A stretch of DNA of 64,000 nucleotides, taken from contig JABDJO010000067.1 of NCBI GenBank assembly GCA_013002465.1, positions 461 through 64,460 on the forward strand, given 5' to 3'. Under the pieces are notes generated by a model. The model was given only the letters and a program-made list of their open reading frames with translations, was not told where the DNA came from and searched no databases. This document shows positions 46,620 to 56,051 of this stretch, in pieces. Both the position numbers and the translations under genes were made by a program. How positions within the stretch are numbered: the first letter of the stretch is position 1; each line of letters opens with the position of its first letter. The stretch is from Silicimonas sp. (GTDB lineage Bacteria > Pseudomonadota > Alphaproteobacteria > Rhodobacterales > Rhodobacteraceae).

Positions 46620-47585
46620 TCAGTTCATCAGGCCCAGTTCTTTGTATGCCTTTTCAGCGCCCGGATGGATCGGGGCGGACAAGCCGTCTTTCACCATTTC
46701 TTCCGGGTTCAGGTTGGCGAAGGCCGGGTGAAGTTGACGGAAGTCGTCGATGTTTTCCATCACCGACTTGGCGACGATATAGACAACATCATCCGACACA
46801 TCTGCCGAGGTCACGAAGGTCGCGCCAACACCGAAAGTCGTCGTGTCTTGATCGTTACCGGCATACATGCCGCCCGGAATGGTTGCGACGCGGTAGTAAG
46901 GGTTGTCGGTGACAAGCTTTTCAATCGGCGCGCCATCCACGTTGACGAGTTTCACGTCGCAGGTGGTGGTCGCTTCCTTGATGGCCGCGGCCGGGTGGCC
47001 GATGGTATAGATCATGGCGTCGATGTTACCGTCGCAGATCTGCTTGGCCATCTCGGACCCTTTGTACTCGGTCGCCAAGGCCAGATCGCCCATGCCGATA
47101 CCGAAGGCGTCCATGACAACCTCCATCGTGGCGCGCTGCCCGGAACCTGGGTTGCCGACGTTCACGCGCTTGCCTTTGATGGCTTCGAAGCTGTCGATAC
47201 CGCTGTCGGCGCGCACCAGAAGTGTGAAGGGTTCAGGATGAACCGAGAAAACCGCACGCACGTCCGGGAACGGGTTGTCGGCAAACTTCGAGGTGCCGTT
47301 ATAGGCGTGGTACTGCCAGTCGGACTGGGCGACGCCGAACTCAAGCTCGCCTGCCTTGATGGTGTTGATGTTGTAGACCGAGCCGCCCGTGGATTCCACG
47401 GCGCAGCGGATGCCGTGCTCTTTGCGCGACTTGTTCACCAGACGACAGATCGCACCACCCGTCGGATAGTAGACGCCGGTGACACCGCCGGTGCCGATCG
47501 AGATGAATTCCTGCGCCACGGCGGTGGTGCCGGCCATGGCAAGGCCCACAGCGATTGTCGCGCCAAGTTTCAGTTTTGCAAACAT
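46620..47585 (-). CDS. TAXI-family TRAP transporter solute receptor
   Basis: MFAKLKLGATIAVGLAMAGTTAVAQEFISIGTGGVTGVYYPTGGAICRL is the hallmark TAXI N-terminus. I chose the ATG at 47585 (RBS GGGAG) inside track ORF 46620-47783. Confidence 0.9.
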   Translation of the reverse strand: MFAKLKLGATIAVGLAMAGTTAVAQEFISIGTGGVTGVYYPTGGAICRLVNKSRKEHGIRCAVESTGGSVYNINTIKAGELEFGVAQSDWQYHAYNGTSKFADNPFPDVRAVFSVHPEPFTLLVRADSGIDSFEAIKGKRVNVGNPGSGQRATMEVVMDAFGIGMGDLALATEYKGSEMAKQICDGNIDAMIYTIGHPAAAIKEATTTCDVKLVNVDGAPIEKLVTDNPYYRVATIPGGMYAGNDQDTTTFGVGATFVTSADVSDDVVYIVAKSVMENIDDFRQLHPAFANLNPEEMVKDGLSAPIHPGAEKAYKELGLMN

Positions 47586-47614
47586 ATTTTCACTCCCAGT
47601 TGCAGTTACTGTCT

Positions 47615-48487
47615 TCAGTCCGCCCAGAATTCTCCCAGGCGTTGGTTTCGTTCTTCCACGCTTTTTATGCGTGTGCTTATGTCGTCTTTTGATTGCGCCA
47701 CGATCATCGCTATCAGCGTTTCGATCAAGACAAGTGTGGCAACGTATGACGAGAAAAATTGTGGGCTGTCCGAGGGCACACAAAAGCCGATGTCGGCATG
47801 CGCCAGTGCCGGGCAGGTGTGGCGGTCGGACAGAACGATAGTTCTTGCCCCGTTTTCGCGGGCAATCTGGGTCGCCAGTACCGCGCGGCGGGCATAGGGG
47901 GTTTTGGTGACGACAAGGAAGGCGTCGCCTTCGCCAATGGTTTCCAGCGAGGCCGAGAGCGACGATCCCATGCGGGCCGCCATGCTCCAGTCGGGCGAAA
48001 AGAAATGGGCGAGGTAGGCGAGGTATTCAACGATGCCATTCGATCCGAATGCGCCGAATAACAGCACCTGCCGGGCGTTTCCAAGCGTCGCGACGGCGCG
48101 GTTCAACGTGGCGTGGTCGGTGGATTGCGTCAGCGCCGCAATATTCGACATGCAGGCCCCGGCCTGGGCATCCAGCATGGTGTCACCCGCGTCGGATTTG
48201 GCGCGCAGTTCGGCGGCTTTCTCGGAAAACGACACAACGCGCGACCCGACGTCCGAGCGGGACAGTTCGCGCATTTCCTCGTAGCTTTCAAAGTCAAGTG
48301 CGCGGGCAAGGCGTGACAGGGTGGCCGGTGACACACGGCTGGCGGCGGACACCGACCTAAGCGAGCGCGTCGCAATCTCGACCGGATGCGCCACCACATA
48401 GTCGGCGGCCGATCTAAGCTTGCCGCTGAGGTCGCCGTAGCGATTGGCGATACGCGCTTCCAGTCTGGCTTTCGAGCCGTCCGACAT
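47615..48487 (-). CDS. MurR/RpiR-family transcriptional regulator (HTH + SIS domain)
   Basis: N-terminal HTH_6 (SLRSVSAASRVSPATLSRLARAL) and a C-terminal SIS domain (VLLFGAFGSNG). Confidence 0.9.
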   Translation of the reverse strand: MSDGSKARLEARIANRYGDLSGKLRSAADYVVAHPVEIATRSLRSVSAASRVSPATLSRLARALDFESYEEMRELSRSDVGSRVVSFSEKAAELRAKSDAGDTMLDAQAGACMSNIAALTQSTDHATLNRAVATLGNARQVLLFGAFGSNGIVEYLAYLAHFFSPDWSMAARMGSSLSASLETIGEGDAFLVVTKTPYARRAVLATQIARENGARTIVLSDRHTCPALAHADIGFCVPSDSPQFFSSYVATLVLIETLIAMIVAQSKDDISTRIKSVEERNQRLGEFWAD

Positions 48488-48505
48488 GATCCCCCCTGGC
48501 CACGT

Positions 48506-48562
48506 GTTTCATGACGTTTCATATGTTTCAACGGTTGTCAATGTTCGAAACGTATGTTTCAT
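48506..48562. promoter_or_regulatory. phased GTTTCA(T/A) direct repeats in the rpiR/BKACE divergent region
   Basis: GTTTCAT at 48506, 48516 and 48556, and GTTTCAA at 48525. Spacings are 10, 9 and 31 bp. There is also an inverted copy: TTCGAAAC overlaps 48544-48551. Confidence 0.45.
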
Positions 48563-48608
48563 TTGGGGCCTGCAACACTGAGTGTGTTGTCTTGCTAGGG
48601 TCGCAGGG

Positions 48609-49376
48609 ATGCAGAACGGGCGCAAGATCATGGTGTCGCCCACGGGCGCGCGGCGGTCCAAGGCGGACCACCCTCACCTGCCGATCAACATCGAGGAAAT
48701 CGCCGCCGAAGCGCGGGCCTGCCAGGAAGCAGGCGCCGCAGCCCTGCATCTGCACGTGCGCGACGCTGCCGGGCGGCATTCGATTGATCCGGGGCTTTAC
48801 AGGGAAGCGATTGCGGCCGTCCGGGCTGCGGCCCCGGGCATGGATATCCAGGTGACGACGGAAGCTGCGAACGTATTTTTTGTTCAAGATCAATATGATA
48901 CACTTTTTGACCTTGCCCCGGCATGGGCGAGTCTGGCGGTTCGGGAAGCAGCACGGGACGTCGAACTTGCGGCACGGCTGTATTCCATGGCCGAGGCACA
49001 GGGTATCGTCCTGCAGCACATCCTGTACGACCGGAGTGATTTGGACATCTTGCGGCGCTTTCGGTCGGATGGAACAATTCGCGAAACGAACCCAGATGTG
49101 TTCCTGGCTTTTGGTGCCTATGCACCGCCGCGAAATGCCGATCCGGCAGCCGTTGGTGATGCTGTCCAGGCCTTGAACGGGGATTTTCAGACTTGGGGCG
49201 CCTGCGCCTTCGGGCCGACCGAACAGGCCACCCTGATCGAGGTCGTCCGACGTGGCGGACAGCCCCGGATCGGGTTCGAGAACAACATCCACCTGCCAGA
49301 CGGTACCGTGGCCACCAGCACCGCCGACAACGTGGCACGGTTCGTGACCGCGCTTTATCAGGAGGGCCTTCTTTGA
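48609..49376 (+). CDS. BKACE-family (3-keto-5-aminohexanoate cleavage enzyme-like, DUF849) protein
   Basis: IMVSPTGARRSKADHPHLPINIEEIAAEARACQEAGAAALHLHVRD is the typical TIM-barrel N-terminus with zinc-ligand His residues. The start is uncertain: 48582, 48609 or 48630. Confidence 0.8.
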   Translation: MQNGRKIMVSPTGARRSKADHPHLPINIEEIAAEARACQEAGAAALHLHVRDAAGRHSIDPGLYREAIAAVRAAAPGMDIQVTTEAANVFFVQDQYDTLFDLAPAWASLAVREAARDVELAARLYSMAEAQGIVLQHILYDRSDLDILRRFRSDGTIRETNPDVFLAFGAYAPPRNADPAAVGDAVQALNGDFQTWGACAFGPTEQATLIEVVRRGGQPRIGFENNIHLPDGTVATSTADNVARFVTALYQEGLL

Positions 49377-50704
49377 TGTCCCACGTTTTTCACCGCAACT
49401 CGCAAGCGACGCCACCGGAGGTTTCCCATGGCAGCGGGGCGTATCTTTATGACACCACCGGCAAGGCTTACCTTGACGGTTCAGGCGGGGCTGCGGTGTC
49501 GTGCCTGGGGCACGGCGACCCTCATGTGACGGCCGCCATCAAGGCGCAGCTTGATCGGGTGGCCTTTGCGCACACCGGGTTTCTCACTTCGGCTCCGGCA
49601 GAAACCCTGGCGTCGCGGTTGGTGGCCGAAGCGCCGGGGGATCTTGACCGGGTTTATCTGGTGTCGGGGGGGTCCGAGGCGATGGAGGCGGCGCTGAAAC
49701 TGGCGCGGCAGTATTTTCTAGAGATCGGCCAGCCAAAGCGGTCGCGGATCATCGCGCGGCGTCAAAGCTATCACGGCAACACTCTTGGCGCACTTGCCAC
49801 GGGAGGCAACCAGTTCCGGCGCGCTCAGTTCGAGCCCTTGTTGATCGAGGTGAGTCATGTTTCCCCCGCCTATGCCTATCGCGGCATGGAGGACGGCGAG
49901 AGCGAAGCGGATTACGCCGCCCGGCTTGTCAGAGAGATCGAGGCCGAGATCGACAAGCACGGGGCCGAGACCATCATGGCCTTCGTGGCCGAACCGGTGG
50001 TCGGGGCGACCATGGGCGCGGTGCCGGCGGTCGAGGGGTATTTCCGGGCCATTCGCAAGCTTTGCGACCGCCACGGTATCCTGATGATCCTGGACGAAGT
50101 CATGTGCGGCATGGGGCGGACGGGCACGCTGTTTGCCTGTGAACAGGAAGGCATAGCGCCTGACATCTGCGCCATCGCCAAGGGGCTGGGGGCCGGGTAT
50201 CAGCCGATCGGCGCGATGATGTGTACGGGCGCCATTCATCGGGCGATTGCGGAAGGCAGCGGGTTTTTCCAGCATGGGCACACCTATCTGGCACATCCCA
50301 CGGCCTCGGCTGCCGCCGGGGCGGTTCTGGACCGGCTGTTGAACGACGGGCTGGTCGATCGGGTCGCGCCAGTCGGGGCCGCGTTGCGCGACAGCTTGCA
50401 AGACAGGTTCGGACAGCATCCCCACGTTGGTGACATTCGCGGCAGGGGCTTGTTTCTTGGGCTTGAGCTGGTGCAGGACCGCGAAACCAAAACTCCGTTC
50501 GATCCCGCGCTGAAACTTCATGCGCGGGTGAAAAAGGCCACTTTCGACGCGGGGCTGATCTGTTATCCCATGGGTGGGACTATCGACGGCAAGCGCGGCG
50601 ACCATGTGCTGTTGGCTCCGTCCTTTATCATCAGCGACGCCCAGATCGAGGAATTGACCGACAAACTGGACCGGGGATTGACGCAAGCGCTTGCGGAAGC
50701 GTGA
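49376..50704 (+). CDS. class-III (omega) PLP-dependent aminotransferase
   Basis: GSEAMEAALKLAR, ILDEVMCGMGRTG, and the PLP-lysine region ICAIAKGLGAGY. The ATG at 49376 overlaps the BKACE stop (TGATG). Confidence 0.9.
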   Translation: MSHVFHRNSQATPPEVSHGSGAYLYDTTGKAYLDGSGGAAVSCLGHGDPHVTAAIKAQLDRVAFAHTGFLTSAPAETLASRLVAEAPGDLDRVYLVSGGSEAMEAALKLARQYFLEIGQPKRSRIIARRQSYHGNTLGALATGGNQFRRAQFEPLLIEVSHVSPAYAYRGMEDGESEADYAARLVREIEAEIDKHGAETIMAFVAEPVVGATMGAVPAVEGYFRAIRKLCDRHGILMILDEVMCGMGRTGTLFACEQEGIAPDICAIAKGLGAGYQPIGAMMCTGAIHRAIAEGSGFFQHGHTYLAHPTASAAAGAVLDRLLNDGLVDRVAPVGAALRDSLQDRFGQHPHVGDIRGRGLFLGLELVQDRETKTPFDPALKLHARVKKATFDAGLICYPMGGTIDGKRGDHVLLAPSFIISDAQIEELTDKLDRGLTQALAEA

Positions 50705-50707
50705 ATT

Positions 50708-50728
50708 CCCAGATCGCAGTGATCTGGG
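50708..50728 (+). terminator. 8-bp perfect hairpin after the aminotransferase gene
   Basis: CCCAGATC-gcagt-GATCTGGG, 4 nt after the stop. No U-tract. Confidence 0.35.
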
Positions 50729-50853
50729 GCAATGCCAATCGAGCGTGATGTGCTTTGGGCGAACCCGATACGTGATGTCCGATCAGAAGACCCCGCCTCT
50801 TTTGCGCCGTCTTCGCATGTGTCATGCAGTGGCAAACCAAGAGGAGCGCGACG

Positions 50854-51636
50854 ATGAACCTGGCTGAAAAAGCAGCAATGGCCGAAGAGATCTGCCACAA
50901 GGCGGGCGAGATGGCCCTGGAGTATTTTCGTCAGAGCACTGGCTTGGTGATTGACCGCAAGGGGCATCAGGATTGGGTGAGCGAGGCGGATCGCAATGTC
51001 GAGGTCCTGATCCGCGAACTGCTGGACGCCGCCTGGCCCGAGGATGGTATCGTGGGCGAGGAACACGCGCCGAAAGAAAGCCGCTCGGGGTTTACATGGG
51101 TCATCGACCCGATTGATGGGACGACGAATTTTGTCAACAACATCCCGGCCTGGACCATCGTTCTGGCGGGCGTGCAGGATGGGAAATGCGTGATTGGCGT
51201 GATCTACGATCCGAACGCGGGCGAAACCTATCTGGCGACGCGGGGCGGCGGCGCGACCTTGAACGGTGCGCCCATGCGGGTGTCGGACGCGGCCATGGAA
51301 AACGGCACCGTGTCGGTTGGCTATTCGAACCGGGTGCGTGCCGAAAGCATCGTTCCGGTGATCGAGGCGGTTATAAGTCAGGGTGCGATGTTTCACCGGA
51401 ATGCGTCAGGGGCCTTGTCATTGGCCTATGTCTCGGCAGGGCGGCTTTTGGGATATGTGGAAGAGCACATGAACGCCTGGGATTGCCTGGCGGGTCAGTT
51501 ATTGATCGAAGAAGCCGGGGGCCGGGTCGAGGATCAGGACGCGGATGCGATGATCGCCAATGGCGGGCGAGTCGTGGCCGGATCGACAGTCGTATTCGAC
51601 GAACTTCAGGCAATTGCGGATCGGGCCTGGGGTTAG
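50854..51636 (+). CDS. inositol-monophosphatase-family phosphatase
   Basis: EADRNVE, WVIDPIDGTTNF, and WDCLAG motifs. ATG at 50854 with RBS GAGGAG. Confidence 0.85.
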   Translation: MNLAEKAAMAEEICHKAGEMALEYFRQSTGLVIDRKGHQDWVSEADRNVEVLIRELLDAAWPEDGIVGEEHAPKESRSGFTWVIDPIDGTTNFVNNIPAWTIVLAGVQDGKCVIGVIYDPNAGETYLATRGGGATLNGAPMRVSDAAMENGTVSVGYSNRVRAESIVPVIEAVISQGAMFHRNASGALSLAYVSAGRLLGYVEEHMNAWDCLAGQLLIEEAGGRVEDQDADAMIANGGRVVAGSTVVFDELQAIADRAWG

Positions 51637-51642
51637 GAAAGT

Positions 51643-52716
51643 TCAACTTTCGGGCAGCAACACCGGCCCTTTTTCGGCGAAGGACACCTTGACCTCTTGG
51701 CCTGCTTCAAGCGGGGCATCGACGTCTTCCTGCACCGCAAAGATCTGGCCGAACGGGGTTTCCAGCGTGTATTCCATGCGTACGCCCACATAGGTCGCCT
51801 TGGCGACCTTGGCCGCCATGCCGGTGGCACCGCCGATGATCAGGCGCGAGGGCCTCACCGCGAGGGTTGCCGCACCGACGCCGAGACCCCGGGACGCGAG
51901 GCGGTGCTGGTAGCCGTCGACTTCGATGGTCGCCGTGTCGCCATCCAGGGCTGTGATCTGCACAGGCACCAGGTTGGCTTCGCCGATGAAGTCGGCAACG
52001 AAGCGGTCGTTCGGAGCGTCGTAAAGCTGACGTGGCGTGCCGATCTGGGCGATGGCGGCGTTGCGCATGACAACGATTTCGTCGGAAACGGCAAGCGCTT
52101 CTTCCTGATCGTGGGTCACATAGACGACGGTCAGGCCAAGATCCTGCTGGATGGCACGGATGTCTTCGCGGACCTGGCGGCGCAGCTTGGCATCGAGGTT
52201 CGACAGGGGTTCGTCAAAGAGAAGAACCTGGGGTTCCAGCACCAGCGCACGGGCGACGGCGACGCGCTGCTGCTGGCCGCCGGAAAGCTCCGACGGCAGG
52301 CGGGCGTCAAAGCCCTTGAGACCAACAAGATCCAATCCCGCAAGGGCGCGGGCGCGCGCTTCGGCCTTGTCAAAACCCGAGAACGTCAGGCCGTACATGA
52401 CGTTTTCCAGAACACTCATGTGCGGAAACAGCGCGTAGGACTGGAACACCATCGACACGTCACGGTCGGTAGCGGGCAGACGGGTCACATCGCGTTCGCC
52501 GATCAGGATGCGCCCCGTGGTGGCCATTTCCAGACCGGCGATCATGCGCAGGGTGGTGGTCTTGCCGCAGCCCGATGGGCCAAGCAACGTCACAAGTTTC
52601 CCCGCTTCGACGTGCAGGTTGATGTTGTCGACCGCGACAACGTCCTTGCCGAAGACCTTCGACACATCCTCGAATTTCACCGGGGCGGCCTTGGAGCCGA
52701 TTTTCGCGTCGCTCAT
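51643..52716 (-). CDS. ABC transporter ATP-binding protein (FbpC/PotA-like, with C-terminal TOBE-type domain)
   Basis: [38 protein letters not shown]. 357 aa. Confidence 0.9.
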   Translation of the reverse strand: MSDAKIGSKAAPVKFEDVSKVFGKDVVAVDNINLHVEAGKLVTLLGPSGCGKTTTLRMIAGLEMATTGRILIGERDVTRLPATDRDVSMVFQSYALFPHMSVLENVMYGLTFSGFDKAEARARALAGLDLVGLKGFDARLPSELSGGQQQRVAVARALVLEPQVLLFDEPLSNLDAKLRRQVREDIRAIQQDLGLTVVYVTHDQEEALAVSDEIVVMRNAAIAQIGTPRQLYDAPNDRFVADFIGEANLVPVQITALDGDTATIEVDGYQHRLASRGLGVGAATLAVRPSRLIIGGATGMAAKVAKATYVGVRMEYTLETPFGQIFAVQEDVDAPLEAGQEVKVSFAEKGPVLLPES

Positions 52717-54929
52717 GAGGATTTCTCCGTCCCGAGTTGGGTGCGGCGGCCGATCTGAACCCGGCCGACCAGAAGTTGCAGCAAGCCCACGGCGGCCAGC
52801 ATCACGATGATCAGTGTTGTGGAATAGGCGATGGCGAGACCGTAGTCGTTATTTTCAACGCGCCCGATAATATAGCTGGTTGCCATGTCGTATTGTGCCG
52901 AGACCAAAAAGATCACCGCCGAGATCGCGGTCATGGCGCGCACGAAGCTATAGACGAGCGCGGCAAGGATCGCAGGGCGCAATAGCGGCAGGATCACGCG
53001 GCGAAAGGTCTGCCAGGAGTTTGCGCCAAGCGTGAGCGAGCTTTCGTCGAGGGATTTGTCAAGCTGGCTCATCGAGGCGATGCCCGCACGTACGCCGACG
53101 GGCATGTTGCGGAAGATGAAGCTGACCACAAGGATGACGCCGGTGCCGGTGATCTCGATCGGGGGGACATTGAATGCGAGGATATAGCTGACACCGATGA
53201 CGGTACCGGGGATGGCGAAGGACAGCATGGTGCCAAATTCGAAGGAATTCTTGCCGGCGAAATTTTGGCGCGTCAGAAGATAGGCGGTCACAAGGCCGAC
53301 GGCGGCGGTCAGGGGGGCCGCGATGGCAGCGATCATGATCGTGGTCCAGAAGCTGTCCCATGCAGCACCCGTCCAGCGGATGCCTTCTTCTTCGAAGCGA
53401 ACCGAGAAGGCTGTGACGTAATGCTTCAAGGTGAGCGAATTGTTGACGCCCCAAAGCTCGACCACGCTGCCATAGATGATCATGCCATAGACCACTGCCG
53501 TGAAAAGTGCCCAGGTGATGGCGATGACCAGGACCGGGATGGCAAGACCGTTCGGCATCAAAGGATGGACACCCGCATCGCCCTTGCCGGACACGGTGGT
53601 ATAGCTTTTTTTACCGAGCCAGGCCCGTTGTGCATAAAAGGCCGAGAGCGTGAAGAACAACAAGACCATGGCCAGCACCGCCGCCCTGCCCTGATCGTAT
53701 TGGGCACCGACGATGGCGAAAAAGATTTCGGTTGAAAGAACATCGAAGTTGCCGCCCAGAACCAGAGGATTGCCGAAATCGGCCATGGATTCGATGAAGC
53801 CGAGCAGGAAGGCATTGGCAAGGCCGGGGCGCATCAGGGGCAGCGAGACCGTGCGGAAGGTCTGCCATTTGTTGGCGCGCAGGGTTTGTGCCGCTTCCTC
53901 CATCGACGGTGAGACGCCTTCGACGACGCCGATCAGGACAAGGAACGCTATGGGTGTAAAGGCGAGGGTCTGGGCGATCAGCACCCCCGGCATCCCGTAA
54001 AGCCACCGGGTCGGTTGGATGCCGAAGAGATCGGCGAAAAAGACGGTGACGGATCCTGAAAGGCCGAAAAGAAGGATCAGGGCAAGGCCGATCACGAATG
54101 GCGGCGTGATGATCGGCAGGACGGTCAGCGCCCGCATGGCGCGTTTGAACCGAAAGCCCGAGCGGGTGACGACGAGGGCGAAGGCAAGGCCAAGTGCCGT
54201 GGTGATGAAACCGACCATGATGGCAAGGAAAAGCGAGTTCCAGGCCGCGCCGCATTTGGCACCCCAGAAACAGCCAAGGCCCCAAAGCCGGTCGTCGAAA
54301 AATTTCGAAAAGAAAACCGAGACGGAATAGGCCCCGTCCTCGGTCACGAAGGCGGCGAACAGCATCTTGGCGATCGGGAAGAACACGAAGGCGGTGACAA
54401 TGGTGATGATGCCGCCGATGGCGGAAACGACGAAGACGTCGCCGTTGATGGCGCCTCGGGCCGCGATGCCCTGGGTGAATAGAAACAGGAATGACGAGGC
54501 GCAGATCATCGCCCCGTAACCCATGCCGAACTGGCGGTCGCCAAGTTCTCCGAAGGCTGTCTTCATCCATTCATAGTTGAACCCTCGGATGCCGATGGAA
54601 AAACCCTGGATGATCAGCCAGCCGAACCCAAGGGTTCCGGCAAGGATCAGCATGGTCGAATAAGCCGGGTGGCTTTTGGGTTTGCCAAGGGCGAAAAGCG
54701 TCAGGATCAAGGGGATGATCAGAGGCGCAAGCCAGGTCTTCTCGCCCTGTGCAATCAGGAAAGCGGCGGGGGCATAGTCTTCGTCAAAAGGATAGCCGTC
54801 GACCAGCCATTGAAACGACCAAAGCCCGTCTTCGACCCCGTACCAGGGCAGAAGGCAAAAGCCGACCCACCCGGCGATGATCCAGAAGATCAGGACCGGA
54901 TGGGTCGTTTTCGTCGTATCGACGGCCAC
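52713..54929 (-). CDS. ABC transporter permease, duplicated (FbpB-like, 738 aa)
   Basis: Two tandem binding-protein-dependent permease modules. ATGA overlap with the ATPase gene. GTG start adjacent to the SBP stop. Confidence 0.9.
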   Translation of the reverse strand: MAVDTTKTTHPVLIFWIIAGWVGFCLLPWYGVEDGLWSFQWLVDGYPFDEDYAPAAFLIAQGEKTWLAPLIIPLILTLFALGKPKSHPAYSTMLILAGTLGFGWLIIQGFSIGIRGFNYEWMKTAFGELGDRQFGMGYGAMICASSFLFLFTQGIAARGAINGDVFVVSAIGGIITIVTAFVFFPIAKMLFAAFVTEDGAYSVSVFFSKFFDDRLWGLGCFWGAKCGAAWNSLFLAIMVGFITTALGLAFALVVTRSGFRFKRAMRALTVLPIITPPFVIGLALILLFGLSGSVTVFFADLFGIQPTRWLYGMPGVLIAQTLAFTPIAFLVLIGVVEGVSPSMEEAAQTLRANKWQTFRTVSLPLMRPGLANAFLLGFIESMADFGNPLVLGGNFDVLSTEIFFAIVGAQYDQGRAAVLAMVLLFFTLSAFYAQRAWLGKKSYTTVSGKGDAGVHPLMPNGLAIPVLVIAITWALFTAVVYGMIIYGSVVELWGVNNSLTLKHYVTAFSVRFEEEGIRWTGAAWDSFWTTIMIAAIAAPLTAAVGLVTAYLLTRQNFAGKNSFEFGTMLSFAIPGTVIGVSYILAFNVPPIEITGTGVILVVSFIFRNMPVGVRAGIASMSQLDKSLDESSLTLGANSWQTFRRVILPLLRPAILAALVYSFVRAMTAISAVIFLVSAQYDMATSYIIGRVENNDYGLAIAYSTTLIIVMLAAVGLLQLLVGRVQIGRRTQLGTEKSS

Positions 54930-55955
54930 TTACTGCGGCAGGACCGAAACCTCTTCGTCCCACTTCTGCAGCAAACGCTTCCTTTCGTCGGACGAACCGT
55001 ACTTCTTGAAGTCATAGTCGATCAGCTTGATCGTGCTCATGTCCGGAGCGCTTTCCGAGGTGTTGGCGCCCTTGTTGGACGGCACCTGGAAGGCGTTGAC
55101 TTCAAGGGCGAGGTTCTGTGCCTCGGCCGAAAGCGCCCAGTCATAGAACTTTTTGGCCTCGTCCAGATTGCGTGCGCCGTCGATGATCGACATCGAGCCG
55201 ATCTCATAGCCTGTGCCCTCGCAAGGTGCCACGACCTTGATCGGGAAGCCCGAAACGGCTTGTTTGACCGCATCATGCATGAAGACGATGCCGATGGTGT
55301 TTTCGCCACGCCCTGCGGCCTTGATCGGGGCCGACCCGGATTTGGTGTACTGGTTCACGTTGGCATGAAGGCCTTTCATGAATTCAAAGCCTTCGTCCTC
55401 GCCGAAAATCTGCACCATGGACGCCAGCGTGGTATAGGCCGTGCCGGACGAATTCGGGTTCGCCATCTGAACGTGACCCTTGTATTCCGGCTTCAGAAGG
55501 TCCTTCCAGCAGGCGGGTTCGGGCAGGCTGTTGGCCGCCACGAGATCTGCGTTGTAGCCGTAACCAAGAGCGCCCGAATAGATGCCGATGGTCTTGTTGC
55601 CGGCGCTTTCGGCCTGGCTGATGGCCCAGTCATGCAACTGGTCGCGCATCGGCGACATGTATTCCATCGTCAGGCCTTCTTCGGCGGCTTGCAGGTGCGG
55701 GTCGCCCGTGCCGCCCCACCAAACGTCGCCCTTCGGGTTCGAACTTTCGGCGCGCACTTGCGCGAACGTTTCGCCCGAGGATTTGCGGGTCATGTTGACG
55801 TCGATACCGGTCGCATCCTCGAAACTGCGCGCCATCAGCTGGCACCAGTCTTCCTGGGCCGAACAATAGAGTGTCAGCTTATCGGCTTGCGCCGCGCCAA
55901 TGCTGGCCGACATGGCGATCAGCGATCCAGCCAGGGTCAGTGTGAACTTTCTCAT
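54930..55955 (-). CDS. ABC transporter substrate-binding protein (Fe3+/PotD/aminoethylphosphonate superfamily)
   Basis: Signal peptide MRKFTLTLAGSLIAMSASIGAAQA, then LTLYCSAQEDW...GDVWWGGTGD. Confidence 0.85.
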   Translation of the reverse strand: MRKFTLTLAGSLIAMSASIGAAQADKLTLYCSAQEDWCQLMARSFEDATGIDVNMTRKSSGETFAQVRAESSNPKGDVWWGGTGDPHLQAAEEGLTMEYMSPMRDQLHDWAISQAESAGNKTIGIYSGALGYGYNADLVAANSLPEPACWKDLLKPEYKGHVQMANPNSSGTAYTTLASMVQIFGEDEGFEFMKGLHANVNQYTKSGSAPIKAAGRGENTIGIVFMHDAVKQAVSGFPIKVVAPCEGTGYEIGSMSIIDGARNLDEAKKFYDWALSAEAQNLALEVNAFQVPSNKGANTSESAPDMSTIKLIDYDFKKYGSSDERKRLLQKWDEEVSVLPQ

Positions 55956-56051
55956 GAATCATCTCCCACTAGTTTTTTATTGTTGGACCTGTGCATGTTG
56001 CCCGGAACTTTTCGCGTTGAACAGCTTTTGTTTGCGCAAATGCCTTGGGCC

